32,000 nt of DNA from Thermococcus kodakarensis KOD1 (GCF_000009965.1 NC_006624.1:1770001-1802000); one strand, 5' to 3'; positions 9,343 through 19,077 are shown, counted from the stretch's first letter. Notes: generated by a model not told the origin, from the letters alone. Translations and numbers: made by a program.

Positions 9343-10881
9343 CTAAACGTTCGCCACGATTCCCTGCCTTCTCATCTTGAGTATGTCGTCGATAACGTCT
9401 ATCAGGCCCGCTATTATCTCGTCGTATTTACCCCCCTCCGAGCCGTAAAGCTCCTTGAGCTTGTCTTTTATGGTGAACAGCACTTCCGTATCAAGTTCAA
9501 GGAGTTTCTGGGCTTCCCTTGCTAGGAACTTGAGGGCTACTCCCCTAGCTTTCTCGTCGTCCAGAAGGCGGAGTATCAGCTTTGTTATTTTTTCGCGCAT
9601 GTCTTCGCTAGGAATCTTCTCTGACAGCCTGGCCATGAACTCAAGTGCCCCCTCAATGTCTCTTGGATTTCCCGATTTCAGGAGAGCGTCCAGGAGGGAG
9701 GCGAAGAATTTGGAAGTTCCTGGGTACAGGGCGTGGATATCCGCCAGGGTTTTTGCGGCGGTTTCCCTCGCCCAGGCGTTCTTTGACTTGAGGAACTCTC
9801 CGAGAATCGGCAGGATCCTGTAGGCGTCCGTGGGGGTAAGATGGGATGTTAACTTTGAGACGATCCAGAGGGCGTCCATCCTTCTCGTGTAGTCCTCACT
9901 CTCCAGCATTGAGAGGACTTTTTCCATGACTGCTGGATCCAGCTTGGCCATCTCTGCCACTATATCTGCTTTTCCAGCGTCGAGTAGCTTTTCAACGTCG
10001 TCAATCGAGTACTGGGAAACCTCAAGGGCCTTGGTAACGCCCTCGCTCTCGATGGTTTCTTCGGCAATGTTGGTGGCCTTTTCAAGCTTCTCCATGACCT
10101 GGGATGCAAGAAGGCCGAGCTTAACGTCGCCGCGAAGCTCTTTGATCTTGCTGACTGCCTTCAGCTTGTTTCTCGTGGAAAGCTCCTTCTCCCTTGTTAG
10201 GAGTCTGTCGATTGAGTAGAGCGCCCTCTCCACAACGTACGGGTCGGGGTGGGAGAGAAGATCAGTGATTCCGTCGAACACTCTGTTCAATATGTTCGAG
10301 TCTGTTGTCTTGCTTGCTATCTCTGTTAGGGCCGTGATTGCCGCACTCTGTACGTCGCGTTTTTTGCTCGAGCCAATGAGAGAGAACAGCCAGTTTATCA
10401 GCTTGTACGCTATGGCAACAACGTTTGCCCCCAGCTTTCCGAGGCCCTCCGCGGCGTATTCTCCAAGTATCGGCACTCCCGACTTGAGGACATCCTGAAG
10501 GGTCTCCATGACCCTCTCGTAATCTTCCTCACTTAGGTCTCCCGACTCGAGAAGGGTGTTTATTACCTCGATGGCTTTCAGTGCGACCCGCTCATCCTTA
10601 TCCCTGGCCAGCTCAAGGATTCTCGGAAGAACCCTCTGAAGGCGCGGCCTTGACATCTTGCCTTCGGATATCATATCTTTTATTATCTGGAGCACGTTTG
10701 CCCTTACGTGAGGGTTGTCGTCATACAAGAACTCGACGAGAACAGCGAACACTTTGTCATATTTTTCTGCCAGAGCTTTAACGTCCTTTAGCCTCCAGGC
10801 GAGAATATCTTCCTTTAGGCCCTCTTTATCGACTATGAGGTCACTACCTTTTATAACAGCCAAAAGCGCGAGGCTCAGCAT
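9343..10881 (-). CDS. HEAT/armadillo-type alpha-helical repeat protein
   Basis: 512 aa from the ATG at 10881 (GGGGGAG RBS). Recurrent units of about 35-40 aa carry D.(N/D)P.VR-type HEAT signatures (DDNPHVRANV, HPDPYVVERA, SKNAWARETA). The ORF-track extension to 10983 crosses the divergent promoter region. Confidence 0.7.
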   Translation of the reverse strand: MLSLALLAVIKGSDLIVDKEGLKEDILAWRLKDVKALAEKYDKVFAVLVEFLYDDNPHVRANVLQIIKDMISEGKMSRPRLQRVLPRILELARDKDERVALKAIEVINTLLESGDLSEEDYERVMETLQDVLKSGVPILGEYAAEGLGKLGANVVAIAYKLINWLFSLIGSSKKRDVQSAAITALTEIASKTTDSNILNRVFDGITDLLSHPDPYVVERALYSIDRLLTREKELSTRNKLKAVSKIKELRGDVKLGLLASQVMEKLEKATNIAEETIESEGVTKALEVSQYSIDDVEKLLDAGKADIVAEMAKLDPAVMEKVLSMLESEDYTRRMDALWIVSKLTSHLTPTDAYRILPILGEFLKSKNAWARETAAKTLADIHALYPGTSKFFASLLDALLKSGNPRDIEGALEFMARLSEKIPSEDMREKITKLILRLLDDEKARGVALKFLAREAQKLLELDTEVLFTIKDKLKELYGSEGGKYDEIIAGLIDVIDDILKMRRQGIVANV

Positions 10882-10963
10882 AGTCTCCCCCTTAATTATT
10901 ACGTTATGAACTATTTTAAGGTTAGCCCAAAGGTTATTAACCCGCCCAAACAACTCCAGTGTG

Positions 10964-12292
10964 ATGAGGGCAATAGGTGTCATCAGAAACTCCAGAAGGG
11001 AGCGCCTGAGCAGGGCGGAGTTCGAAGAACTGCTGAGGAGCGCTGGCTACGAGGTTCTGGCCATAGTAGAGCAGAACAGGGAGGAGCACCCACGCTACAA
11101 CATAGGGCCTGGCAAGCTCGAGGAGCTCAAGGAGCTTGTTAAAGAGCTCAAGCCCGACAAGGTCATCTTTGCGAATAGACTGACTCCGAGTCAGGCCTAC
11201 AATCTCTGGAAGGAGCTCAGGATTGAGATAATGGACCGCTGGCAGCTCGTCCTTGAGATATTCGAGAAGAGGGCACACTCAAAGGAAGCTAAGTTGCAAG
11301 TAGAACTCGCCTCGCTCCAGTACGAAATTCCTCTGGTCAAGGAGGCCATCAGGAGGATAAGGCTCGGCGACAGGGCCGGTTTTAAGGGCATGGGTGAGTA
11401 CCAGACCCAGCAGTACCTCAAGCACATCCGCTATAGGATGGGCAAAATACGGGACGAGCTTGAGAGGGTTAAGGCAGACAGAGAGGTTAAGAGAAAGAAG
11501 AGGGAGAACGCCGGCTTCGTCCTCGTTGCCCTCGCTGGGTACACCAACGCGGGAAAATCAACCCTTCTCAACGCTTTAGCGGATGAGAACGTTGAAGCGA
11601 AGAATCAAATGTTCACGACACTCGACACTACAACGAGGCGCTTCAGACTCGGCACGAAGAGGATTCTCGCAACCGACACTGTTGGGTTCATCGACGGTCT
11701 GCCCCCCTTCATAGTTGAGGCCTTCCACTCCACGCTTGAAGAGATAGTGAAGGCCGACATAGTTCTCCTCGTTCTGGACTCAAGCGAGCCTTGGGGGGAG
11801 ATACGGAGGAAGTTCCTGGCCTCTCTTCAGGTGCTCAGGGAGCTGAAGGCCCTTGAAAAGCCGATCATAGTTGCCCTCAACAAGATAGACCTGATAGAGG
11901 AAGCTGACGCCGAGGAGAAGGTCAGGCTGATATGGGAACTCGCCCGCGAAAGGGGAATAAGCCTTGAGGACGTGGTGAAAATCTCGGCGAGGGAGGGCCG
12001 CCTCGAGGAACTCATGGATGCATTAAACAGGGTCGTCCTTAAACTGCCCAAGTACGGTGCTTTCAGGATAATCGTGAAAGAGCCTGAGAAAGTCCCTGCA
12101 GTGATGGCACTCATAAACTCCGTTGGAGAAGTTCTGTCAGTCGAGTACGGTGAAAAGACGAGGATAGACGCTTACGTCCAGACTGGAATGGTCGGCGAGA
12201 TCAAGAAAATGGGGGCCGAGATAGAGAGGTTAAACCATTCCGGCGAGGGCGAAGAGCTTGAGCAGGACGAAGGATATTCCGATGGCGGTTAG
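10964..12292 (+). CDS. hflX: GTPase HflX
   Basis: HflX N-terminal domain plus G-domain motifs GYTNAGKSTLLNAL (G1), DTVGF (G3) and NKID (G4). Confidence 0.85.
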   Translation: MRAIGVIRNSRRERLSRAEFEELLRSAGYEVLAIVEQNREEHPRYNIGPGKLEELKELVKELKPDKVIFANRLTPSQAYNLWKELRIEIMDRWQLVLEIFEKRAHSKEAKLQVELASLQYEIPLVKEAIRRIRLGDRAGFKGMGEYQTQQYLKHIRYRMGKIRDELERVKADREVKRKKRENAGFVLVALAGYTNAGKSTLLNALADENVEAKNQMFTTLDTTTRRFRLGTKRILATDTVGFIDGLPPFIVEAFHSTLEEIVKADIVLLVLDSSEPWGEIRRKFLASLQVLRELKALEKPIIVALNKIDLIEEADAEEKVRLIWELARERGISLEDVVKISAREGRLEELMDALNRVVLKLPKYGAFRIIVKEPEKVPAVMALINSVGEVLSVEYGEKTRIDAYVQTGMVGEIKKMGAEIERLNHSGEGEELEQDEGYSDGG

Positions 12293-13192
12293 CGGCGTCG
12301 CCACCCATCCGAAGACTATATCGACGATTACCTTTCTGTCCACTCCCCTACCAGCTAAGAGGCCGACGCCGACAACGCCGCCGACTATCGACTGACTGGA
12401 GCTGACTGGAAGGCCGAAAACGTTTGCTATGCTGACCGCCATTGCGGAGCCGAACTGGGCAGCGAAGGCCGAAACAGGGCCGAGGGCCGTTATCTTCTTC
12501 CCAACCGTGTGCATAACTGCGTAGCTGAACGTCAGTGCCCCAACGGCCAGGCTTAACGCCACGAGGACTCCGGCAGTTTTTGGCGCCATAAAGCCAGCAC
12601 CGACGATTGGCCCGGAGGCGTTGGCCACTTCGTTCGTTCCAAAGTTGAAGGCCATATAAGAACCGCCGAGAATGGCAAGCGCCTTGTAGAGGGCCTCAAT
12701 TGTCGAGACGCTCTTAATCTTTGAGATTACGTAGGAGTAGAACTTGTAGAGGATTATCGCAAGGATTCCCGAGAGGACGGGAGATGCGACCCATGCAGCG
12801 GCTATCTTCGTCAGCGTCCACCAGTTTACGGGCGCGCTCGTAGCCAGACCGACACCAATGACACCGCCCACTATTGCCTGAGTAGTTGATACTGGGAGTC
12901 CTTTGATTGTCGCTATCGTCACCCACACTCCAGCGGAAAGAAGTGCTATGAGGGCCATTTCCATTGTGAGGTATCCCTCGGGCACTATCCCCTTACCGAC
13001 CGTCTTCATGACCTTGTAGCCTTTGAGGTAGGCGCCGAGAAGGGTGAATATCGCTATTGTCAGTGTTGCCTGCCTGAAGCTTAGTATTCCCGCACCAACG
13101 GCCGTTCCCATTGCGTTGGCCGAGTCGTTCGAGCCTATGTTCCAGGCGATGTAGAACGCAACTGCCACGATGGCTATAGCCAGTGCGTCCAT
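12230..13192 (-). CDS. inorganic phosphate transporter, PiT (PHO4) family
   Basis: 320 aa and polytopic, with a duplicated PiT signature GSNDSANAMGT / GTNEVANASGP. Confidence 0.85.
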   Translation of the reverse strand: MDALAIAIVAVAFYIAWNIGSNDSANAMGTAVGAGILSFRQATLTIAIFTLLGAYLKGYKVMKTVGKGIVPEGYLTMEMALIALLSAGVWVTIATIKGLPVSTTQAIVGGVIGVGLATSAPVNWWTLTKIAAAWVASPVLSGILAIILYKFYSYVISKIKSVSTIEALYKALAILGGSYMAFNFGTNEVANASGPIVGAGFMAPKTAGVLVALSLAVGALTFSYAVMHTVGKKITALGPVSAFAAQFGSAMAVSIANVFGLPVSSSQSIVGGVVGVGLLAGRGVDRKVIVDIVFGWVATPLTAIGISFVLLKLFALAGMV

Positions 13193-13338
13193 GTTCCCTC
13201 CCCCGATTTGAGTTGATATATAGACTATATAGTTTCCGTTAAAAAGTTTTCGAGAAACAATGACCGTAAAACACCATCGGCGAGCTTAAGGGTTCACACT
13301 TACCCAAAGACGCCTGTCGAGAAGGTCTTAGGGAGATA

Positions 13339-13362
13339 CCGAAACCTAAATAAATGTTTCGG
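13339..13362 (+). promoter_or_regulatory. putative porG promoter: BRE/TATA flanked by an inverted repeat
   Basis: CCGAAAC-CTAAATAAAT-GTTTCGG. The TATA-like core is centred about 50 nt upstream of ATG 13401, with a GGAGG RBS between them. Confidence 0.45.
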
Positions 13363-13400
13363 ACTAACCCAAAGTGAAAACCTTTAAGGAGGCAGGAAGG

Positions 13401-13958
13401 ATGATCGAGATTCGTTTTCACGGTAGAGGTGGACAGGGCGCAGTTACGGCAGCCAACATTCTAGCTTCAGCGGCCTTTAAGGAGGGCAAGTACGTCCAGG
13501 CCTTCCCGTTCTTCGGTGTTGAAAGGCGTGGAGCACCGGTTACCGCCTTCACCAGGATCGACGACAAGCCGATCAGGATAAAGACCCAGATCTACGAGCC
13601 TGACGTCGTTGTCGTCCTCGACCCGAGCCTTCTCGACACCGTTGACGTCACCGCTGGCCTCAAGGACGGCGGAATAGTCATCGTCAACACCGAGAAGAGC
13701 AAGGAGGAAGTCCTTGAGAAGCTCAAGAAGAAGCCGGGCAAGCTTGCCCTAGTTGACGCTACCGGCATAGCCCTTGAAATACTTGGACTCCCGATTACCA
13801 ACACGGCCATCCTCGGTGCAGTTGCAAAGGCCACAGGCCTCGTCAAGCTTGAGAGCGTCCAGGAGGCCATTAAGGAGACCTTCTCTGGGGCCCTCGGCGA
13901 GAAGAACGCCAAGGCCGCCGAAGAGGCCTTCAACAAGACCGTTGTCTACGAGCTCTGA
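13401..13958 (+). CDS. porG: 2-oxoacid:ferredoxin oxidoreductase gamma subunit (shared POR/VOR gamma)
   Basis: [22 protein letters not shown]…, 185 aa. Its position ahead of vorDAB-porDAB matches the published Pyrococcus/Thermococcus arrangement. Confidence 0.9.
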
Positions 13959-13999
13959 TTTTCCTTTGCTTTCCTTAACCTTAGGAGGAGGGGAGGAGT

Positions 14000-14317
14000 T
14001 TGAACACGCTGTTTGGGGAGAAAAAGGCGGAGGCAAAGAAGATAGTCCTTACCTCCGTCGACCAGTACCCCGAGGCGCCAATAAGCCTTGGGACTACCCT
14101 TAGCAATTTCACAGGTGACTGGAGGACTTTCATCCCTGTGGTCAATGAGGACAAGTGCGTCAAGTGCTATATCTGCTGGAAGTTCTGCCCGGAGCCAGCA
14201 ATATACATCAAGCCCGACGGCTACGTGGCAATCGACTACGACTACTGCAAGGGCTGTGGAATCTGTGCCAACGAGTGCCCGACCAAGGCCATAACCATGG
14301 AGAAGGAGGAGAAGTGA
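14000..14317 (+). CDS. vorD: 2-ketoisovalerate:ferredoxin oxidoreductase delta subunit (2x[4Fe-4S])
   Basis: Two ferredoxin motifs, CVKCYICWKFCP and CKGCGICANECP. TTG start after AGGAGGAGGGGAGG. Confidence 0.85.
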   Translation: MNTLFGEKKAEAKKIVLTSVDQYPEAPISLGTTLSNFTGDWRTFIPVVNEDKCVKCYICWKFCPEPAIYIKPDGYVAIDYDYCKGCGICANECPTKAITMEKEEK

Positions 14318-14327
14318 GGTGGTGGAG

Positions 14328-15515
14328 ATGGAGTACAAGCCGATCAGAAAGGTCGTGAGCGGAAACTACGCGGCTGCCTATGCCGCTTTACACGCGAGAG
14401 TCCAGGTCGTTGCCGCTTACCCGATCACCCCGCAGACGAGCATCATCGAGAAGATAGCCGAGTTCATAGCCAACGGAGAGGCAGACATCCAGTACGTTCC
14501 CGTTGAGAGCGAGCACTCCGCTATGGCCGCATGTATCGGCGCCTCGGCTGCTGGAGCAAGGGCCTTCACCGCTACCTCTGCCCAGGGTCTAGCTTTAATG
14601 CACGAGATGCTCCACTGGGCGAGCGGTGCAAGGCTGCCGATAGTTATGGTGGACGTTAACAGGGCTATGGCTCCGCCGTGGAGCGTTTGGGACGATCAGA
14701 CCGATTCACTCGCGCAGAGAGATACCGGCTGGATGCAGTTCTACGCCGAGAACAACCAGGAGGTTTACGATGGCGTCCTTATGGCCTTCAAGGTGGCCGA
14801 GACGGTAAACCTCCCCGCTATGGTCGTCGAGAGCGCCTTCATCCTGAGCCACACCTACGACGTCGTTGAGATGATTCCGCAGGAGCTCGTTGACGAGTTC
14901 CTTCCACCGAGGAAGCCACTCTACGACCTGGCCGACTTCGAGAGGGAGCCGTTCTCGGTAGGTTCTCTCGCGACTCCAGCAGATTACTACGAGTTCCGCT
15001 ACAAGATACAGAAGGCCATGGAGGAGGCCAAGAAGGTCATCAAGGAAGTGGGTAGGGAGTTCGGCGAGCGCTTTGGAAGGGACTACAGCCAGATGATAGA
15101 GACCTACAGGACTGACGATGCCGACTTCGTCTTCATGGGTATGGGTTCGCTCATGGGCACCGTCAAGGAGGCAGTTGACATCCTCAGGCAGGAGGGCTAC
15201 AAGGTCGGAGCGGCAAAGGTGCGCTGGTTCAGGCCGTTCCCGAAGGAGGAGCTCTACGAGCTTGCAAAGAACGTTGACGGCATAGCAGTCCTCGACAGGA
15301 ACTACTCCTTCGGCATGGAGGGCATACTCTTCACGGAGGCAAAGGGTGCGCTCTACAACACCGACGCGAAGCCGCTCATGAAGAACTACATCGTCGGCCT
15401 CGGCGGCAGGGACTTCACGGTGAACGACGTTAGGAAGATAGCCGAGAACATGAAGGCAGTCATAGAGAAGGGCGAGCTTGACGTAGAGGTGGACTGGTAC
15501 CACCTTAAGAGGTGA
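14328..15515 (+). CDS. vorA: 2-ketoisovalerate:ferredoxin oxidoreductase alpha subunit
   Basis: 395 aa from ATG 14328, with AAYPITPQT and the VESEHSAMAACIGASAAGARAFTATSAQGL pattern of OFOR alpha subunits. It is assigned to VOR by its position in the conserved cluster. Confidence 0.85.
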   Translation: MEYKPIRKVVSGNYAAAYAALHARVQVVAAYPITPQTSIIEKIAEFIANGEADIQYVPVESEHSAMAACIGASAAGARAFTATSAQGLALMHEMLHWASGARLPIVMVDVNRAMAPPWSVWDDQTDSLAQRDTGWMQFYAENNQEVYDGVLMAFKVAETVNLPAMVVESAFILSHTYDVVEMIPQELVDEFLPPRKPLYDLADFEREPFSVGSLATPADYYEFRYKIQKAMEEAKKVIKEVGREFGERFGRDYSQMIETYRTDDADFVFMGMGSLMGTVKEAVDILRQEGYKVGAAKVRWFRPFPKEELYELAKNVDGIAVLDRNYSFGMEGILFTEAKGALYNTDAKPLMKNYIVGLGGRDFTVNDVRKIAENMKAVIEKGELDVEVDWYHLKR

Positions 15516-15520
15516 GAAAG

Positions 15521-16456
15521 ATGGAGATTCCCGAGCAGATTAAGAAAAAGCTCACGCTCCCGGCGGAGGAGCACTTCTATGCCGGTCACACGGCCTGCCA
15601 GGGCTGTGGGGCTGCACTCGGGCTGAGGTACGTCCTCAAGGCCTACGGCAGGAAGACGATATTCGCAATCCCGGCCTGCTGTTCAACAATTATAGCCGGT
15701 GCTTGGCCCTACAACACCCTGGGTGCCAACCTGTTCCAGACGGCCTTTGAGACGACTGGTGCCGTCCTGGGCGGCATCGAGGCCGCTTTGAAGGCCAGGG
15801 GCATAAAGGTCAAGGGCGAAGACGGCGTCATGATCGTCGGCTGGGCCGGCGACGGTGGAACCGCTGACATTGGCCTTCAGGCACTCTCGGGCTTCCTTGA
15901 GAGGGGCCACGATGCTCTCTACATCATGTACGACAACGAGGCCTACATGAACACTGGAATCCAGAGGTCAAGTTCAACCCCCTACGGAGCATGGACGACC
16001 AACACCCCCGGAGGAAAGAGGCACTTCCTCGAGAAGAGGCACAAGAAGAAGGTCATAGACATCGTCATAGCCCACGAGATTCCCTACGCGGCAACTGCAA
16101 GCGTTGCCTACCCTGAGGACTTCATAAGGAAGCTCAAAACAGCTCAGAAGACTCCAGGCCCGAGCTTCATCCAGCTCTTCGCCCCGTGCCCGACCGGCTG
16201 GCGCTCACCCACCGACAAGAGCATTGAGATAGCCAGACTTGCCGTTCAGACGGCCTACTTCCCGCTCTTCGAGTACAAGGAGGGCAAGTACAGGATTAAC
16301 ATGCCAAACCCGAAGAAGGAGCCAAAGCCGATCGAGGAGTTCCTCAAGCTCCAGGGTCGCTTTAAGTATATGACCAAGGAGGACATCCAAGTTCTCCAGG
16401 AGTGGGTGCTCCGCGAGTGGGAGAAGCTCAAGAAGCTCGCCGAGGTCTTCGGCTGA
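15521..16456 (+). CDS. vorB: 2-ketoisovalerate:ferredoxin oxidoreductase beta subunit (TPP-binding)
   Basis: 311 aa from ATG 15521 (AGGTGA RBS), with cluster Cys ligands CQGCG and the TPP motif GDGGTADIG…[10 protein letters not shown]. Confidence 0.85.
   Translation: MEIPEQIKKKLTLPAEEHFYAGHTACQGCGAALGLRYVLKAYGRKTIFAIPACCSTIIAGAWPYNTLGANLFQTAFETTGAVLGGIEAALKARGIKVKGEDGVMIVGWAGDGGTADIGLQALSGFLERGHDALYIMYDNEAYMNTGIQRSSSTPYGAWTTNTPGGKRHFLEKRHKKKVIDIVIAHEIPYAATASVAYPEDFIRKLKTAQKTPGPSFIQLFAPCPTGWRSPTDKSIEIARLAVQTAYFPLFEYKEGKYRINMPNPKKEPKPIEEFLKLQGRFKYMTKEDIQVLQEWVLREWEKLKKLAEVFG
15924..15987 (+). repeat. 64-nt tract perfectly identical to 18444-18507 (vorB copy)
   Basis: Base-by-base comparison: tcatgtacgacaacgaggcctacatgaacactggaatccagaggtcaagttcaaccccctacgg occurs in both genes, offset by exactly 2520 nt. 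Confidence 0.95.
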
Positions 16457-16488
16457 GCTTTCGTTTTCCCTTTGGAAAAAGTTTAAAG
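16457..16488 (+). promoter_or_regulatory. oligo-T terminator-like tract followed by an internal BRE/TATA for porDAB
   Basis: GCTTTCGTTTTCCCTTT is followed by GAAAAAGTTTAAAG about 35 nt upstream of ATG 16520. Confidence 0.45.
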
Positions 16489-16519
16489 TCCACATGATAA
16501 CTCACTCGAGGTGATACAT

Positions 16520-16837
16520 ATGGCTGAGAGTCCGTTTAAGGCCGATATTGAGAGGGTTCAGAAGGAGTACAGCGAAAAGATGACGCCCGGAGCGATAGCT
16601 TACATCCCGGGAAGCAGCGTTATCAACAAGACAGGTTCCTGGAGAGTTTTTATGCCTGAATTCAACCGCGACAAGTGCACTCGCTGCTACCTCTGCTATA
16701 TCTACTGCCCGGAGCCGGCTATCTACCTCGATGAGGAAGGCTACCCGGTCTTTGACTACGACTACTGTAAGGGCTGTGGCATCTGCGCCAACGAATGCCC
16801 TGTTGATGCCATAGTTATGGTTAGGGAGACCAAGTGA
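16520..16837 (+). CDS. porD: pyruvate:ferredoxin oxidoreductase delta subunit (2x[4Fe-4S])
   Basis: MAESPFKADIERVQKEY…, 105 aa, with ferredoxin motifs CTRCYLCYIYCP and CKGCGICANECP. Confidence 0.85.
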   Translation: MAESPFKADIERVQKEYSEKMTPGAIAYIPGSSVINKTGSWRVFMPEFNRDKCTRCYLCYIYCPEPAIYLDEEGYPVFDYDYCKGCGICANECPVDAIVMVRETK

Positions 16838-16848
16838 GGTGGTGAAAG

Positions 16849-18033
16849 ATGCCGATAAGAACCGTTATGAAGGCAAACGAGGCTGCCGCCTGGGCGGCCA
16901 AGCTGGCCAAGCCCAAGGTTATCGCGGCCTTCCCCATTACCCCGTCAACGCTCGTTCCAGAGAAGATTAGTGAATTCGTCGCCAACGGGGAGCTCGACGC
17001 CGAGTTCATCAAGGTCGAGAGCGAGCACTCAGCTATCTCCGCCTGTGTTGGTGCCAGCGCCGCTGGGGTTAGAACATTCACAGCAACCGCTTCCCAGGGT
17101 CTCGCCCTGATGCACGAAATACTCTTCATCGCCGCTGGAATGCGCCTTCCGATAGTCATCGCCGTTGGAAACCGTGCCCTTTCAGCCCCGATCAACATCT
17201 GGAACGACTGGCAGGACACGATAAGCGAGCGCGATACTGGATGGCTCCAGTTCTACGCCGAGAACAACCAGGAAGCTCTGGACCTCATACTCATAGCCTT
17301 CAAGGTAGCCGAGGACGAAAGGGTTCTCCTTCCGGCAATGGTTGGCTTCGACGCGTTCATCCTGACCCACACAGTTGAGCCAGTTGAGATTCCCGACCAG
17401 GAGGTCGTCGACGAGTTCCTCGGTGAGTACGAGCCGAAGCACGCCTACCTCGATCCGGAGAGACCGATAACCCAGGGCACCCTCGCCTTCCCGGCCCACT
17501 ACATGGAGGCCAGATACACCGTCTGGGAGGCCAACGAGAATGCAAAGAAGGTCATCGACGAGGTCTTCGCCGAGTTCGAGAAGAAGTTCGGTAGAAAATA
17601 CCAGAAGGTCGAGGAGTACAGGACTGAGGACGCAGAGATAATCTTCGTCACCATGGGTTCACTCGCCGGAACCCTCAAGGAGTACGTTGACCACCTCAGG
17701 GAGAAGGGCCTCAAGGTCGGCGCTGCGAAGCTCACCGTTTACAGGCCGTTCCCGACCGAAGAAGTCAGGGAGCTCGCCAAGAAGGCCAAGGTTCTCGCGC
17801 TCCTTGAGAAGAACGTCACCTTCAGCGTTGGTGGAGCACTCTTCCAGGACTTCAGCAGGGCCCTCGTCAACCTTGACGAGAGGCCGAAGATCGTCGACTT
17901 CATCCTCGGCCTCGGTGGCAGGGACGTCACATTCAAGGACCTCGACGAGGCACTGGCCATAGCCCAGAAGGCCCTCAACGGTGAGGAGTTTGATGAGGTC
18001 AACTGGATCGGCCTGAGGAAGGAGATACTGTGA
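16849..18033 (+). CDS. porA: pyruvate:ferredoxin oxidoreductase alpha subunit
   Basis: 394 aa, [34 protein letters not shown]…[18 protein letters not shown], the OFOR alpha pattern. Confidence 0.88.
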   Translation: MPIRTVMKANEAAAWAAKLAKPKVIAAFPITPSTLVPEKISEFVANGELDAEFIKVESEHSAISACVGASAAGVRTFTATASQGLALMHEILFIAAGMRLPIVIAVGNRALSAPINIWNDWQDTISERDTGWLQFYAENNQEALDLILIAFKVAEDERVLLPAMVGFDAFILTHTVEPVEIPDQEVVDEFLGEYEPKHAYLDPERPITQGTLAFPAHYMEARYTVWEANENAKKVIDEVFAEFEKKFGRKYQKVEEYRTEDAEIIFVTMGSLAGTLKEYVDHLREKGLKVGAAKLTVYRPFPTEEVRELAKKAKVLALLEKNVTFSVGGALFQDFSRALVNLDERPKIVDFILGLGGRDVTFKDLDEALAIAQKALNGEEFDEVNWIGLRKEIL

Positions 18034-18043
18034 GGTGAGGAAA

Positions 18044-19039
18044 ATGGCCGTTAGGAAACCCCCGATTACCACTCGCGAGTACTGGGCGCCTGGTCACGCC
18101 GCCTGTGCCGGCTGTGGCTGTGCCACCGCTCTCAAGCTCGCCACCAAGGCCTTCAGCGAGGCCATGGAGGAGAAATACGGTGATCCCAATGCATTCGCCA
18201 TAGCCCAGGCCACAGGCTGTATGGAGGTCGTTTCGGCAGTCTTCCCGTACACCGCTTGGAAGGTCCCCTGGGTGCACGTCGCTTTCGAGAACGCCGCGGC
18301 CGCTGCCAGCGGTGTTGAAGCGGCCTGGAAGAAGATCGGCAGAAAGGGTAAGATACTTGCCATCGGTGGAGACGGTGGAACAGCCGACATCGGTCTCCAG
18401 GCCCTCTCGGGAATGCTCGAGAGGAGGCACAACGTCGTCTACCTCATGTACGACAACGAGGCCTACATGAACACTGGAATCCAGAGGTCAAGTTCAACCC
18501 CCTACGGTGCTTGGACCACCACCTCACCGCCCGGAAAGTACTCAATCGGTGAGGACAAGCCCAAGAAGTGGGTCGCCCTCATCGCTGCTGCCCACCAGGT
18601 TCCGTACGTTGCCACCGCGAGCATCGGCAACCCCTTCGACTTCGTCAGGAAGATGAAGAAGGCCGCTAAGGTCGATGGTCCGGCTTTCGTCCAGGTTCAC
18701 TGCACCTGCCCGACCGGATGGAAGAGCCCGCTCGAGAAGGGTGTCGAGATAGCTCGCCTTGCCATCGAGACCGGCGTCTGGCCGCTCTTCGAGATCGAGA
18801 ACGGCGACTTCTTCAACATCAAGATCCAGCCGCCCGGAGGAGGCGCCAAGGTCACCCGCGAGGGCGGCAGGATAGTCGCCATAGAGTTCAAGAAGCCCAT
18901 CGAGGAGTACCTCAAGCTCCAGGGCAGGTTCAAGCACCTCTTCAAGAGGCCTGAGGCAATCGATGAGCTGCGCGAGCAGATCAAGGCCATGTGGAAGACC
19001 CTCGGCGTTGATGTCACCCTCCCGAAGCTGGAGGAGTGA
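18044..19039 (+). CDS. porB: pyruvate:ferredoxin oxidoreductase beta subunit (TPP-binding)
   Basis: 331 aa from ATG 18044, with [24 protein letters not shown] and CTCPTGW. Confidence 0.88.
   Translation: MAVRKPPITTREYWAPGHAACAGCGCATALKLATKAFSEAMEEKYGDPNAFAIAQATGCMEVVSAVFPYTAWKVPWVHVAFENAAAAASGVEAAWKKIGRKGKILAIGGDGGTADIGLQALSGMLERRHNVVYLMYDNEAYMNTGIQRSSSTPYGAWTTTSPPGKYSIGEDKPKKWVALIAAAHQVPYVATASIGNPFDFVRKMKKAAKVDGPAFVQVHCTCPTGWKSPLEKGVEIARLAIETGVWPLFEIENGDFFNIKIQPPGGGAKVTREGGRIVAIEFKKPIEEYLKLQGRFKHLFKRPEAIDELREQIKAMWKTLGVDVTLPKLEE
18444..18507 (+). repeat. 64-nt tract perfectly identical to 15924-15987 (porB copy)
   Basis: See the partner entry. The flanking codons of the two paralogs differ at many synonymous sites. 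Confidence 0.95.
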
Positions 19040-19040
19040 T

Positions 19041-19064
19041 TTTCAGTTTCTTTTTCTTTTAAAA
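19041..19064 (+). promoter_or_regulatory. oligo-T terminator-like tract after porB, abutting a TTTTAAAA box
   Basis: TTTCAGTTTCTTTTTCTTTTAAAA lies immediately after the porB stop. The TTTTAAAA at 19057-19064 could be the TATA box for the downstream operon. Confidence 0.4.
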
Positions 19065-19077
19065 TTCTTGATACCGT

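Noticed and set aside
13193-13400. Known Thermococcales regulator motifs (SurR GTTn3AAC, TGM TATCAC-N5-GTGATA) in promoters of POR/VOR, hyp, ferritin and csd
   Set aside because: No exact instance was found by eye. GTTCGAAAAC at 30932 has the wrong spacing for SurR, and the TATCAC at 24173 lacks the GTGATA partner.
13239-13421. 60-aa minus-strand ORF in the pit/porG intergenic region
   Set aside because: It overlaps the porG promoter, RBS and start. It has no RBS and sits at the minimum length, so it is a chance ORF.
14706-15503. 265-aa minus-strand ORF, plus similar ORFs at 17659-18072, 17999-18430 and 18542-18937
   Set aside because: These are antisense shadows inside vorA, porA and porB. 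The plus-strand genes have unmistakable OFOR motifs and the minus frames are compositionally biased with no start context.
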